A DNA stretch of 64,000 nt, taken from assembly GCA_963677495.2 (NCBI GenBank), contig CAXXOU010000002.1, positions 160,001 to 224,000 of the forward strand, given 5' to 3'. The notes below the pieces were generated by a model, which was not told where the DNA came from, ran no database searches, and saw nothing but the letters and a program-made list of their open reading frames with translations. Positions 50,146 through 61,700 of the stretch are shown piece by piece (within the stretch, counting starts at the first letter, position 1; the number at the start of each line of letters is the position of its first letter). This DNA is from Candidatus Cloacimonadales bacterium. Its GTDB lineage: Bacteria; Cloacimonadota; Cloacimonadia; Cloacimonadales; JAFGVF01. Made by a program: the position numbers and the translations under genes.

Positions 50146-53100
50146 ATGACTAAGAAAGAAAAGAAACTTGCTAACAGTTTTCAAAAAATACTTATCATCA
50201 GTACGATTCTAAGTGTTGCAATTATTTTTGCATTCAGAATGGTCTGGCATTATTCGTTTCTTAAGTCCGGGTTAAGTTCAACTCAGAACAGTATTGAAAA
50301 ACTTTATCAGAAAGAAGTGAAAAACTACTCCAGGTACAATACGCAGTTCTTTGATGAATTCTTGCACGATATAGAGATTCAAATCAATCGAGAGATTGAG
50401 ATGTTTGGAAACACATTGCATAGTGCAGCAATCTCAGTTTATAGAGACTATAATTCTTCACTCCCTGAACATGAGGTTAAGACTAAGATTATGAATACAT
50501 TGGAGCAGATGCGAGATTTAGATATTGTTTCCTCTGTCTCAATTGTAGATACTAGCGGAACTTTCCTAATGACGAGAGGTATAGACGGATTAGAGGGAAA
50601 GAACTTATCGTCATATCTTAGCCATTCAGCTAACAGATACATGCTTAATGAGTTCAAGCAGTTCTCCAATACTTCTGTTACGACCCATAAAAAAGACAGT
50701 TTATATCTTAGTCGTTTTTGGACTGTTTGGTTACACAATTACAGAAACAATATTGTTGTTTCCAATGATTCTTCGTCAGTTATTGTCCCACCGGTAGTTG
50801 TTACAGATGATTTGAAGCAAGTGAATCCATCATATAGGAATATGATTGTTGAGTATTATATTAACAGAAATGAGTTAGAAACAGTTCTATGTATCCAAAG
50901 ATTTGCACCCTATCAATGGGGTATAGTGTATGAATATAAGACATCCGAACGCTGGAAACAGATTCTTGAAAGCAAAAGAAAAGACGCTTATTCACTTATT
51001 CAAGGATTGTATGAAGACGTCAAAACAATGTCAATATTCATTGATGCAGATACAGATAATCACATTTTTCTTGGTAAGAGTGATTACTGGTCAGAGAAGA
51101 AAGATTTAATTACGTATATAAAAAAATCGTTAATTGATGATTATAAGGATGGGAAAGAGAAGGAAGGATTCTTTCCCTTCAGATATCCTTATGGGAAATT
51201 AGCTAAAAATTATGTGTGTTATTATCAGTTAACTGAAAATCCTTCAGGTATCTCCGCGACAATAATTGAAGAGGGTGCAAAGATAGTTAGTGCTGATTAT
51301 CTTGGTGCAATGTATCGGAAACAAGCAGTAGTTGAAGTAATTATTATCATTATCTTACTTAGTATACTACTCGGTATCGTTCTCTTCTGGACATATCAAG
51401 TCAGACGGAGGCTTGAACATTATGTAGAATATATTTGTGATGCTTTTAACTCATATATGCCTGGAGTAACTCCTTTTGAGATCGGTAATATTCAGTACTG
51501 GGAATGGCAAAAAGTTGCTGATGCAGCAAATAGAATGATGATGGAACGTTCCAGAATTGAGAACGAGTTAAATAGTGAAAGGGCATTAACTGAGCAACTC
51601 TTCTCAAGAAACATTAATGCTGTAGTCTTGATTAATCCTGGTGGTGAAATTCAAAAAGTAAACCCATCATTCCAAGAACTGTTTGGTTTTGACTGTAATG
51701 AAGTAGTTGGTAAGAATATTGATGATCTGATTGTTCCGGAAGGTATGATCAATGAAGCCACTGACTTCACAAATAAGGCTGTTACTATAGATAATATTAG
51801 CTTTGAAGCTAGAAGAAAACATAAGAATGGGAAGCTCTTGGATGTTCAGGTCTATACCACTCCTGTGATTGTTAATGATTATGTTGTAGCTATCTATAGC
51901 ATTTACGAAGATATATCTCTTAAGAAGAAAGCTGAGCAGCATATTATTAAGGCTAAAGAGGAAGCTCTTGCTGCCTCAAAAGCTAAATCCAGTTTCCTTG
52001 CGACCGTTAGTCATGAAATAAGAACTCCTCTTAATGGTATTATTGGTATGACTGAAGTTATGACCAATACTGCCCTTAATAAAGAGCAACAGGATTATCT
52101 TGAAATTATTCATAATAGTGGTGATACTTTACTTGTGATAATAAACGACATCCTTGATCTTTCCAAGATGGAATCAGGAGACCTGGACATCGTTAAGAAG
52201 ATGTTTGACCTTGATAAGTGTTTATCATCTTGTCTTGACGTTATTAGTGCCGAAGCTGACCAAAAGGGGATTGAAACTTTACTTGTTATGGATTCATCTG
52301 TTCCTAGAATGATATCAACAGATGAGTTCAGACTCAGACAGGTGATGCTTAACTTTGTTAGTAATGCAGTTAAGTTTACTGAAAAAGGTGAAGTAAAACT
52401 CATAGTCAGTGTTGTTGAAGAATCTGAAGAGAGTATCAACCTTAGATTTGAAGTATCTGATACAGGTATTGGTATACCGGAAGATAAGCTGGAAAGCATA
52501 TTCGATACTTTCACCCAAGCTGACTCAACTATTACTAGAAGATTTGGGGGGACCGGACTAGGCTTAGCTATTTCTAAGAAGATTGTTAGAATACTAGGTA
52601 GTGATGTTCATGTTCAGAGTAAAGAAGGAAGTGGTACTTCATTTATCTTTAATCTAAACATTGAGGAATGGGAAAGAACAACAACAGTCTTCGATACTTC
52701 GCGTATACTTAAGGGTAAAAAAGCATTACTTGTTGATTCTAATAGACAATCGCAAAGAGTAATAAAAAGCTATCTTGAGAGCTATGCATTGCAACCATTT
52801 ATTGCAAATGATCTCATTAGTGCACTTGCAATTCTTAATGATGACAATGAGTTTGAATTCTGTCTTATTAATAACAACTCGAATAAAAAGAACATTCTTG
52901 AATTTGCAAAAAATGTAAGAAAGAGCTACTCTGCTGATGATTTAAAGCTAATACTCTTGAAGTCACCGGGCTCTACTTATAAATCTCTATCTGATTTCCA
53001 AGCTGTTCTCAGAAAACCTGTTTCTCTCTATAAACTAGCCCCGGCATTTAGTGAAGATAATAGAGAAAAAAGGGAAGAGAAAACCTTGATAAGTCGAGAA

Positions 53101-53505
53101 CTATATAAAGGGTTCTCCGAAGAGTTCTCATTGAAGATTCTGCTTGCAGAAGATAACATTGTAAACCAAAAGCTAGCTTATCACTTGTTGGGAAAACTTG
53201 GTTATTCCATAGATATAGTTGATAATGGTAAGAAAGCACTAGAGCATTGCTTAAAAGAGAAGTATGACGTTGTGCTTATGGATCTCCAAATGCCTATAAT
53301 GGATGGTATCACTGCTTCTAAAGAGATCATCGCACGTCTTGATGGTCAAGAAAGACCATATATTATTGCGCTTACTGCTAATTCTGCTGAACTTAACCGA
53401 CAGGAATGTCTTGAAGTGGGAATGGATGATTTCATCTCGAAACCTTTTAAAGCGAGAGAACTAAAAGAAAGATTCGTTAAAGTATACAACGATAAATATA
53501 TGTAA
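50146..53505 (+). CDS. Hybrid sensor histidine kinase (TM-PAS-HisKA-HATPase-REC-REC)
   Basis: PAS (VNPSFQELFG), SHEIRTPLNG, GGTGLGL, LLAEDN, MDLQMP and ISKP motifs. The first receiver is degenerate. ORF opens at 50125. Confidence 0.95.
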   Translation: MTKKEKKLANSFQKILIISTILSVAIIFAFRMVWHYSFLKSGLSSTQNSIEKLYQKEVKNYSRYNTQFFDEFLHDIEIQINREIEMFGNTLHSAAISVYRDYNSSLPEHEVKTKIMNTLEQMRDLDIVSSVSIVDTSGTFLMTRGIDGLEGKNLSSYLSHSANRYMLNEFKQFSNTSVTTHKKDSLYLSRFWTVWLHNYRNNIVVSNDSSSVIVPPVVVTDDLKQVNPSYRNMIVEYYINRNELETVLCIQRFAPYQWGIVYEYKTSERWKQILESKRKDAYSLIQGLYEDVKTMSIFIDADTDNHIFLGKSDYWSEKKDLITYIKKSLIDDYKDGKEKEGFFPFRYPYGKLAKNYVCYYQLTENPSGISATIIEEGAKIVSADYLGAMYRKQAVVEVIIIIILLSILLGIVLFWTYQVRRRLEHYVEYICDAFNSYMPGVTPFEIGNIQYWEWQKVADAANRMMMERSRIENELNSERALTEQLFSRNINAVVLINPGGEIQKVNPSFQELFGFDCNEVVGKNIDDLIVPEGMINEATDFTNKAVTIDNISFEARRKHKNGKLLDVQVYTTPVIVNDYVVAIYSIYEDISLKKKAEQHIIKAKEEALAASKAKSSFLATVSHEIRTPLNGIIGMTEVMTNTALNKEQQDYLEIIHNSGDTLLVIINDILDLSKMESGDLDIVKKMFDLDKCLSSCLDVISAEADQKGIETLLVMDSSVPRMISTDEFRLRQVMLNFVSNAVKFTEKGEVKLIVSVVEESEESINLRFEVSDTGIGIPEDKLESIFDTFTQADSTITRRFGGTGLGLAISKKIVRILGSDVHVQSKEGSGTSFIFNLNIEEWERTTTVFDTSRILKGKKALLVDSNRQSQRVIKSYLESYALQPFIANDLISALAILNDDNEFEFCLINNNSNKKNILEFAKNVRKSYSADDLKLILLKSPGSTYKSLSDFQAVLRKPVSLYKLAPAFSEDNREKREEKTLISRELYKGFSEEFSLKILLAEDNIVNQKLAYHLLGKLGYSIDIVDNGKKALEHCLKEKYDVVLMDLQMPIMDGITASKEIIARLDGQERPYIIALTANSAELNRQECLEVGMDDFISKPFKARELKERFVKVYNDKYM

Positions 53506-53606
53506 AAAACGCTTCATTTTGGATATATAGGATTATGCTACATAGTTGCATAATCCTATTCTTCGTATTTACACACACAGTGGCGTTTACAATAACTTAC
53601 ATCATT

Positions 53607-53700
53607 GGAGTCAAAGCGACCGAAGGGAGTTGGACTCATAGTGATGTACTTTCGCCATTTTCGCTATCCGCCCATCTCCCTTCGGTCGCTATTGCGACAA
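53607..53700. repeat. CGACC(N)3GGGAG-family palindromic element
   Basis: AGCGACCGAAGGGAG...CTCCCTTCGGTCGCT inverted repeat; GGAGTC/GGACTC flanks as at 8148 and 16893. Confidence 0.8.
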
Positions 53701-53729
53701 CTTCAGAACAACGTACGCAGTGCAATTTA

Positions 53730-53885
53730 CAATAACTTAGCTATATTTATTGCCCTTTTTACTCCCTTTTACTGCTCATTCCACCAACGCACTGCGCACG
53801 CACTGTGATCCCACTGTGAAGGCACTGCCAACCCACTGTTTCACTGGGTGCACAGTGCGTGCACAGTGGGAAAACAGTGGGATGA
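53730..53885. repeat. Inverted copy of the 7768-7925 11-bp-phased element
   Basis: CACTG at 53790, 53801, 53812, 53823, 53834, 53842; CAGTG at 53853, 53864, 53875. Confidence 0.9.
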
Positions 53886-54045
53886 TTGCGTTTTGTATTA
53901 TGGATTGCTTCAACTGCAAAGATGGAACTAACTCTCGAATAGAAAAAAGCAGGAATAGACTAATGTAACCACTGTAAATCGTTCACCTCTGAGCGATGAA
54001 TTATACTAAAACTTCTTCAAAACTACCATTCTAATCCCCCGATAC

Positions 54046-54179
54046 GCACTGGAGCAACAGATATATTTAAAGTAAATCCATCTTTTATCCAACTTATATG
54101 TATCCTATATGCTCATAAAGGTTTCATATAAGAGTCATATAGGGAACATATAGGGATTATGTGTCTGTTACTCCAGTGC
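54046..54179. repeat. Fold-back element with 21-bp terminal inverted repeats and an 11-bp-phased TATATG/CATATA core
   Basis: Arms 54046-54066/54159-54179 (18/21 match). TATATG at 54095, 54106; CATA(T/A)A at 54114, 54125, 54136, 54147. Confidence 0.85.
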
Positions 54180-54374
54180 CTAACGTGGAAGTGGAGAGAA
54201 CAATTCAAAAGAAAGATGTTGAAATAGCACTGTGCACTCCATAACTTAAAACGTAACTATTGTTAAGTAAATCTATTGTATCATAAAAGGCTGATATATG
54301 GGAGAGATAGATTAGTTGACAAATAAGACTCTCTTTACATTATATCGTAAAAAATCTGAGATTTGGGAAAGTTT

Positions 54375-55628
54375 ATGACAAAAACCTACGAAAATGAGAA
54401 GGGCAATCTTAAAATTGATGTGAGTGAAAATGCTATGGAAGCTTATCTTACAATCAAACTTACCCGTGATGTAATCAATGAAGAAGAGATTAAAGAGCTT
54501 ATAAATAAAGCAGGTATCGTATATGGTTTCGATACTGCTGCCGATGAAAATAAGGAAGCCGGCATCGAAAAGGAGTACGATGTACCATTCCTTATTGCAA
54601 AGGGTGGATTAGATCCATTTAAGAGTGAACTTGTTTGCAAGTTTGAAGCGGAAACATGCTATGCTCCAGGTAAAGATCCATCCAGAGTTTCATTAACCGG
54701 ATGGTGTTTTGTGGAAGCGGGAACTAAACTAGCAGATATAAAAGTGGATGAGAACTCAAATGCAATAAAGAATATTCATGGAGTTACATTGGAACAGAGA
54801 GATTTACACTCATTATATTCCAGTCAATATATTGATAGAAATGTTACATTTAAAGACTCCGAAAAAGCTATCTATTCTACAATAAAAGGATACCCTTACC
54901 TGAATAATGACGGGAAAGTTGGTGTTGTAGATGTTCTTGGGCTTACTTCGGAGCAGATTAACGATGCCAAATACTTACACTTTAAGACTCACGTTGATAT
55001 AGATGGTCCAATAAAGGATTGCGGATTATTATCAGTAGAAGGCAATGTAACAGTTCATGGGAATGTGGATAATTGTGCAATATACGCTACCGGAAGCATC
55101 CATGTTGATGGAACTGTGTCAGGTTGCAAACCAATCGGATTGATAAGTCACAGGGATATAACATTTAATTCAGGTAGAGCTACTTTCTTTCATGCTAAAA
55201 GCACTATTAAACCGGAGCGTCAGGTGATTGATTCTCGTATGGTAGCAGGGGATGCTGTTGTTGGTCCTGATAGAACCTTTGAAATAAGTGGTGGTAGCTG
55301 TTATGCTGCAAATTATATTAGTGGAGCTTATGCGGGAGACAGATTCAATTCTGCAACAAGAATCGAGATAACACAAGATTGTTACCCGCAAATGTTAAAA
55401 AACAACTTACAAAAGATAATAGATAATAAGCTATTTGCCCCAGTTATTATAGATGAACTGAAATCGAACCTGGATCTCATAAACGAGGATAGTAATTTAG
55501 GTGAAAGACTATCTGAGGAGAACGGTATCAGTTTTAAGGGAAAGATATTTCCCGGAGTTGAGCTGGTAGTAAATGGTAAATTGATTACGATGGATAAAGT
55601 AGAGAGTGATGTAGTAATCACTTTCTAA
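54375..55628 (+). CDS. DUF342 / FapA-family protein
   Basis: DVSENAMEAYL, GIVYG, LIAKG, beta-helix-like GNVTVHGNV and GKIFPGVELVV motifs. ORF opens at 54363. Confidence 0.85.
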   Translation: MTKTYENEKGNLKIDVSENAMEAYLTIKLTRDVINEEEIKELINKAGIVYGFDTAADENKEAGIEKEYDVPFLIAKGGLDPFKSELVCKFEAETCYAPGKDPSRVSLTGWCFVEAGTKLADIKVDENSNAIKNIHGVTLEQRDLHSLYSSQYIDRNVTFKDSEKAIYSTIKGYPYLNNDGKVGVVDVLGLTSEQINDAKYLHFKTHVDIDGPIKDCGLLSVEGNVTVHGNVDNCAIYATGSIHVDGTVSGCKPIGLISHRDITFNSGRATFFHAKSTIKPERQVIDSRMVAGDAVVGPDRTFEISGGSCYAANYISGAYAGDRFNSATRIEITQDCYPQMLKNNLQKIIDNKLFAPVIIDELKSNLDLINEDSNLGERLSEENGISFKGKIFPGVELVVNGKLITMDKVESDVVITF

Positions 55629-55643
55629 GTAGAAGGGAGAGAA

Positions 55644-58600
55644 ATGAAAAAAGTCTACTTATTACTATTAATCCTTTCATTGGTTGGGATTAGTTTAGCC
55701 TATGAACCTCATTTTATGGACGATCCGGCGATATCACCGGATGGTAAAATGGTTTGCTTTTCCTATTTAGGAGATTTATGGTTAGTACCTTTTGAAGGCG
55801 GAGAAGCGAAGAGAATCAGTTTTTCTGAGTCTTATGAAAGTAATCCTTCTATTTCACCAAATGGGAAATGGATAGCATTTAACTCAAATAGAGCTGGAAA
55901 TACATCTATTTTTGTAATGCCTATAGATGGGGGGGAAGCACGACAAGTACGTGACTGCTCTCTTAGTCTTGATGGTTGGTATGCTAATAGCAAAGCTCTA
56001 TTAGTAACAAAACGTGTACCATATGGACGTGGAAACTTGAACATGAAGTTATCGCTTGATGGCAAGAAAATGGAACAAGTTAACCCATACACAGATAGTT
56101 ACTCCTATCCTAGTCCTGATGGTAACAAAGTTATCTTCAATAAACAAGGTATGCCTTTTAGAGAATCATACAAAGGTAGCTTGAATGGTGACCTTTGGGA
56201 GTATGATAAGAAACTTGAGAAGTTTAACAGATTAACTCAGACAGAGACAACAGAACGCTATCCGGTTTACTCTCATAAAAGTGATAAAATCTATTATGCC
56301 GGTTCAGATGGAGAGATTTTCCAGTTGTTCTGTGTTGAGAATAGAGATTTTGGTAATCCCAAACAGCTCTCAAATTTTGATACATGGTCAGTACGAGACA
56401 TTGATATCGCGGTTGCTAATGATAGAATCGTTTTTGAGATGTTTGATGAGATCTGGAGATACGATCCAAAAGCAATGCTAAACAAGTTTGCCAAAATAGA
56501 TATTGAGATTGTTGAAGATACTTGGCATGACTTGGATAGATATGAAAGTGTTAGGAATAAGTTTAAGAACTTCTCTGTATCACCGGATGAAAAACTCTTA
56601 GCATTTAACTATAAATATGACCTTTTCGCAATGCCTGTAAAAGGTGGAGAAGTCAAGCAGTTGACACATGACCAACGTGGAATAAACGATATATTTATTC
56701 TACCTGACAATAAGACAATATTCTTCACATCGTATGAGAAGGGTGTGAATCGTATGTATAAAATCAACATCTTTAACCCTGATGTGATTGAGAAGGTTGA
56801 TTGGGCTAACGATAAGCATATTGATAATGTGGATATTGCTCCTAATAAGCAGTATCTTGTTGAATATAGTCTAAATGAAAAAGATATTAATAGATTAGCA
56901 TTAATGGATTCAACAGCAACAAAATTTACTGTTATTGAAAAGGATAATACTCCTTGGTATGGATTCGAGATTTCAGAGAATGGCAAATATGCCCTTTATA
57001 CTACTAGAGATGTTAATGTCTGGAACTCTAAATTGCATTTCTATGAATTCGAAACCGGGTTTGATCAAGTAATCTTCTCAGATGATAACTGGATTGGAAG
57101 TGCTTCTTGGGGTAAAGATAATAACTCAGTATTCTTTGTGAATAGCAGTACTCTTTTCCGGATGGACTTAAGCCCGATAAATGAGTTTAAGTTTAAGCAT
57201 GATCATTGGGAGGATATCCTTGTAGCTGACTCTCTTCAGGTTAAAGAAGAAAAGATGGAAGACATTGCTATCGATTGGGATAATCTTGAAAAACGCATTA
57301 CTCCTATAGTTAAGAAGGACAAATGGCCGGGAGTTTTCACTGTAAGGAATGACTCAATACTATATTACTGGCAGGGTAAAGAACTCTATAAAACTAATTA
57401 TCAAGGTAAGAACGAGAAGTTAATATATACGTTTAACCATGATTGGAGATATTCGGAATACAACTTTGATTCAAATAACATCTACTTTGTTGGAGCTCAA
57501 AAACTCTATAAAGTTAACTTGAATAACGGTACTTCGAAAGAGATTAAATCTAAGTTTGACTATCAATATAATGAGTTAGAACTTAATAAGAAAGTCTTCG
57601 AAGAGGTTTGGGGTGATTTTGGTCGTGGATTCTATGACCCTAAAATGCATAATGTTGATTGGGATGAAGCATATAACAAATACTTCCCATATACTGATTA
57701 TATGTACAAACCAAGCCTGCTTTCAGATATAATTGAAGAGATGATAGGTGAGGTAAACGCTTCTCATACAGGTTTCTATCCAAGAAGAGAGAAAAGACAG
57801 CATTATTTCAAACGTGGAATGATTGGTGCAGCTTTTGATTGGGATAATCGACTGAAGAAGGGCATAGTATTGAAGAAAGTATACCTGTATTCAGCTTTGA
57901 ACGAGATTTATAAAATCAATGATGGTGCCATATTGCTGAGTATTGATGGTGAAGAAATCACTAAAGATACGGTGATAGAGAAGTTGTTAAGAGATAAAGT
58001 TGGTAAAAAATTGCACCTGACAATATCCCAAGAAGGCAAGCTAATAGAAGCAGAGATTAAGTGTTTGAGTTGGTCTGAGCAATATTATCTTGGATACCAT
58101 GATTGGGTTGAGACAAGAAAGCGAAAAGTACAAGCTGTTGACCCTGACTTAGGATATGTTCACGTGAAAGCGATGAGTGAATCCAATTATACGCAGTTTG
58201 TTGAAGACCTTTTCAGTACTGAATATACTAAGAAGGGATTAGTTCTTGATTTTAGAGGTAACTCAGGTGGTCGCGTACACGATAAGATACTTGAAGTTAT
58301 CATGAAAAAACAGTATGCTTGGGAAAGTAGTAGATGGAGAGGAACAGGCAAATATCGAGCCCCCGGTAAAGTATATGATAAACCAATTGTACTTCTCATT
58401 GACCAACGCTCTTTCAGTGATGGAGAGATTTTCCCTCATATCTTTAAACATTTAAAACTTGGCACAATTGTAGGTGTTCCAACAAGTGGTTCAGTTATTG
58501 GAACAGTTCCTCATGATTTGATGGATGGTTCTTCAATGCGTATGCCAAGAAACGGTTGGTGGCTTGATAATGAGGAGCTAACTAATCTGGAAGGTAATGG

Positions 58601-58709
58601 CGCACAACCTGACATAATAGTTGAAATGACACCTGCTGATATAGTGAATGATAACGATGTTCAGCTGAAAAAAGCAATCGAAATCTTGCTAGAGCAGGTT
58701 AAGGAATAG
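55644..58709 (+). CDS. Tricorn-like S41 protease
   Basis: PD40 repeats (PAISPDG), PDZ-like region, GEVNASH, DFRGNSGG, SFSDGE and GAQPDI motifs. Confidence 0.95.
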   Translation: MKKVYLLLLILSLVGISLAYEPHFMDDPAISPDGKMVCFSYLGDLWLVPFEGGEAKRISFSESYESNPSISPNGKWIAFNSNRAGNTSIFVMPIDGGEARQVRDCSLSLDGWYANSKALLVTKRVPYGRGNLNMKLSLDGKKMEQVNPYTDSYSYPSPDGNKVIFNKQGMPFRESYKGSLNGDLWEYDKKLEKFNRLTQTETTERYPVYSHKSDKIYYAGSDGEIFQLFCVENRDFGNPKQLSNFDTWSVRDIDIAVANDRIVFEMFDEIWRYDPKAMLNKFAKIDIEIVEDTWHDLDRYESVRNKFKNFSVSPDEKLLAFNYKYDLFAMPVKGGEVKQLTHDQRGINDIFILPDNKTIFFTSYEKGVNRMYKINIFNPDVIEKVDWANDKHIDNVDIAPNKQYLVEYSLNEKDINRLALMDSTATKFTVIEKDNTPWYGFEISENGKYALYTTRDVNVWNSKLHFYEFETGFDQVIFSDDNWIGSASWGKDNNSVFFVNSSTLFRMDLSPINEFKFKHDHWEDILVADSLQVKEEKMEDIAIDWDNLEKRITPIVKKDKWPGVFTVRNDSILYYWQGKELYKTNYQGKNEKLIYTFNHDWRYSEYNFDSNNIYFVGAQKLYKVNLNNGTSKEIKSKFDYQYNELELNKKVFEEVWGDFGRGFYDPKMHNVDWDEAYNKYFPYTDYMYKPSLLSDIIEEMIGEVNASHTGFYPRREKRQHYFKRGMIGAAFDWDNRLKKGIVLKKVYLYSALNEIYKINDGAILLSIDGEEITKDTVIEKLLRDKVGKKLHLTISQEGKLIEAEIKCLSWSEQYYLGYHDWVETRKRKVQAVDPDLGYVHVKAMSESNYTQFVEDLFSTEYTKKGLVLDFRGNSGGRVHDKILEVIMKKQYAWESSRWRGTGKYRAPGKVYDKPIVLLIDQRSFSDGEIFPHIFKHLKLGTIVGVPTSGSVIGTVPHDLMDGSSMRMPRNGWWLDNEELTNLEGNGAQPDIIVEMTPADIVNDNDVQLKKAIEILLEQVKE

Positions 58710-58737
58710 AAAGTTTATTAATTGATATTTACTCTAT

Positions 58738-58762
58738 AGGGGTGGATTAAACCACCCCTTTT
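58738..58762 (+). terminator. Rho-independent terminator after the protease
   Basis: AGGGGTGG-ATTAAA-CCACCCCT followed by TTT. Confidence 0.7.
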
Positions 58763-58776
58763 GAGTGAGGATATAT

Positions 58777-61700
58777 ATGCACGAGTTTTTAGAAGTAATC
58801 CGCAAGTTTCGGAAACGATATAATACACTTATTGGATTTAGGTATTCAATTTTAGCCCTTTTATCATTACTCTGGGCTTTTCTGCTCTTCTTCATACTTT
58901 ATGGTTTAGTTAGAGCAGGTGGATTCCCAATGTTCTATTTCGGGTTAACTCTAAGAATCACAGCTGCATTGTTTTTGTTATACCTGTTTTATGCAGGTAA
59001 AAATAAGCTGTTGGATGATGTAAAATCTGCCAGGTTCTTAGATAGACTAAACAATGATAAAACTGAAACTTATCAGAATGCTTTAGAGTTGTTAAACGAT
59101 AAACAAGATTATGATGAAAATATCCTTAAATTAATCTTTGAAAATGCAAACCATAAATCCCAAAAGCAGGAAGAGCATAAACTAGACCTGTTAAATCCAC
59201 TACAAAAACAAATCAGTATTTACGGGTTCATCGGTGCAACAATAATTTTGTTAGTAAACTTAAATTTTATCCCTACTGCATGGAGTGCTTTTTATACAGA
59301 CAAGCTTATAAAAGAGCAACATAGCAAAGTGATCGAGTTATCTCCCGGAAATGCTAAACTTCCTCGTCATAGCAATCTCGATGTAGAGATACTTAACCCT
59401 GAACTTGGAAGTGACTACAAGTTTATGTATCGTCTTGATAAAGAGTGGCGTCAGGTAGAAATGGACCAATTCAGATATAGGTATAATAATCTTGAGCATA
59501 GTATAGAGTATATGGTGAAGAGCAAGTATGCTGTATCTGATACTTTTAGAGTAGAACTGATAGAGAAACCTGGTGTAAAAGGACTTGAGGTGAAGTATTT
59601 CTACCCCGAGTACACTGGACAAGAGCCGTTCGTTGATAGTTTATCTACCGGTAGAATAAAAGCGATTGAGAACAGTAAAATTAAACTTACTGCTGAAGTT
59701 ATTTCACCATTAAAGCAAGCGTTGATGGTGTTTAGCTCAGGTGACTCAAAAGTGATGCAAGCAAGTGATTCATTAAACTATACAACTACTTTTACAATAA
59801 CAGAGAATGATAGCTGGCACTTGAATCTTGGGGACTATATTGGACAGGAAACGATTGATGTTGAAAGAGAAATAATCATACTTCCCGATGAGAAGCCATC
59901 GATTGAAATCTCCTATCCAGTAGCAGATACAACCCTAAATCAGACAATGCTACAGCTTTTACGAATCGTTGCATCTGATGATTTTGGACTACAAAACCTT
60001 GTTGTTCATTTTCGTATTGAAGATAGAGAAGTAATTTCCAGATCTGTAGTAAAGCAGATTAGAGGAGCTCTTTGGGAAAATGATTATGTACTCGACCTTA
60101 CAGGACTGGACCTATTTCCGGGTAATAGAGTAGAATATTGGCTAACTATTCAGGATAATAAGCCTTCACCTCAAGAATCAGAATCTGAACATAGATTCCT
60201 TAGGTTACCATCAATTGAAGAGATCTACAGAGAAATTGAATCAACTGAAAGGGAAAAGAAGGAAGACCTTGAGGATGTTCTTCAGAAATCTAAAGAGATG
60301 ACTGAGGAGTTTGAGGAAGCAAGAAGAGAGCTTCTTAAAAAAGAGGAACTGGAGTGGGACGATAAGCAACAACTTGAGAAGTTCATGGAAGAGCGCAAAG
60401 ATATAAAACAAGATGTTGAAAAAGTTGCTGACCAATATCAGGATTTAATAGATAAGATTCAAGATAATGAGGCTCTCGCTTCCGAAACTGTTGAGAAGAT
60501 GGAAAAGATTCAACAGTTGATGCAGGAATTGGATAGTACTCAGATGCAGGAAGCGATGCAGAAGATGCAGGATGCTATGGAAAACATGGATCCTGATGTA
60601 CTCAAAAAGGCTATGAAAGATTTTAAGTTCTCAATGGATGACTTTAATGAGAAGCTGGAAATGACAATTGAGCTACTGGAGAGTATTAAAAAAGAGCAGC
60701 AACTTCAGAAAGCTCTTGATATAGCAGAACAGATGGAGGATCTCCAGAAACAGATAGAAGAGAAGACTAAAGACAATTCATCCGATCCACAACAGCTTGC
60801 AGAAGAGCAAAAGAAACTTCAGGAACAGCTTGAAAACCTTAAGAAAGAACTTGAAAAACTCCAGGACATGCTTGGTGGAGAAAAGGATAAGGAGCTTTCA
60901 GAGCAGCTCAAAGAACTTCAAGAGATGAAAGAGATGCAGGAGCTTATGCATGATATGCAAGAGTCACAGGAGCAGTTACAGCAGAACAATAGACAGTCAG
61001 CTCAGGACTCACAACAATCTGCCAGTCAAAAACTTCAGAAGATGCGTAAGATGCTACAGGATATGAAATCACAAATGAGCTCCGGTGGAGCAGGGGAGAT
61101 GAGTGAAGCTCTCGGAGTTTGCCTTAGAAAGATTCTTTTCTTCTCAGATATGCATGAGCAACAGGTTGAGATTTTTGGTGATGATGCTTTCCAAATCCTA
61201 CAAGCTGAGTTAGCAATTTTTGAAGGTATTGGAATGGCTGTAAATGAGATGTTTAAGGCACCAATGCTATCTATGTTTATCACACCAAAATTCTTCTATG
61301 ATATGAACTTCCTGGAACAATCCTATAGAGAGATGTTTAAAGAGATAAGTGAAAACCGTCACCATGTAGTGAAGAACTACCTTTCTGATATTACTAAAGG
61401 TATAAACTTAATTGCATACGACCTAATGCTTACACAAAACAGCTCTTCAAGTAGTGGTGGCTCAGGTATGGAGTCACTTATGCAGATGATGCAACAGATG
61501 GGACAACAACAGATGGCAATGAATATGCTAACTCAACAGCTAATGCAACAGTTGCAACAAGGGAATCGTGGTATGTCTTCCGAAATGAGACAACAGATTC
61601 AACGCTTGGCTTCTGAGGAACAAAGATTAGCAGATAATCTCAAACGTGCTCTTCAAAACAATCCTGCTGCCCAACAGCAAACAGGAGCTATACAAAAGCT

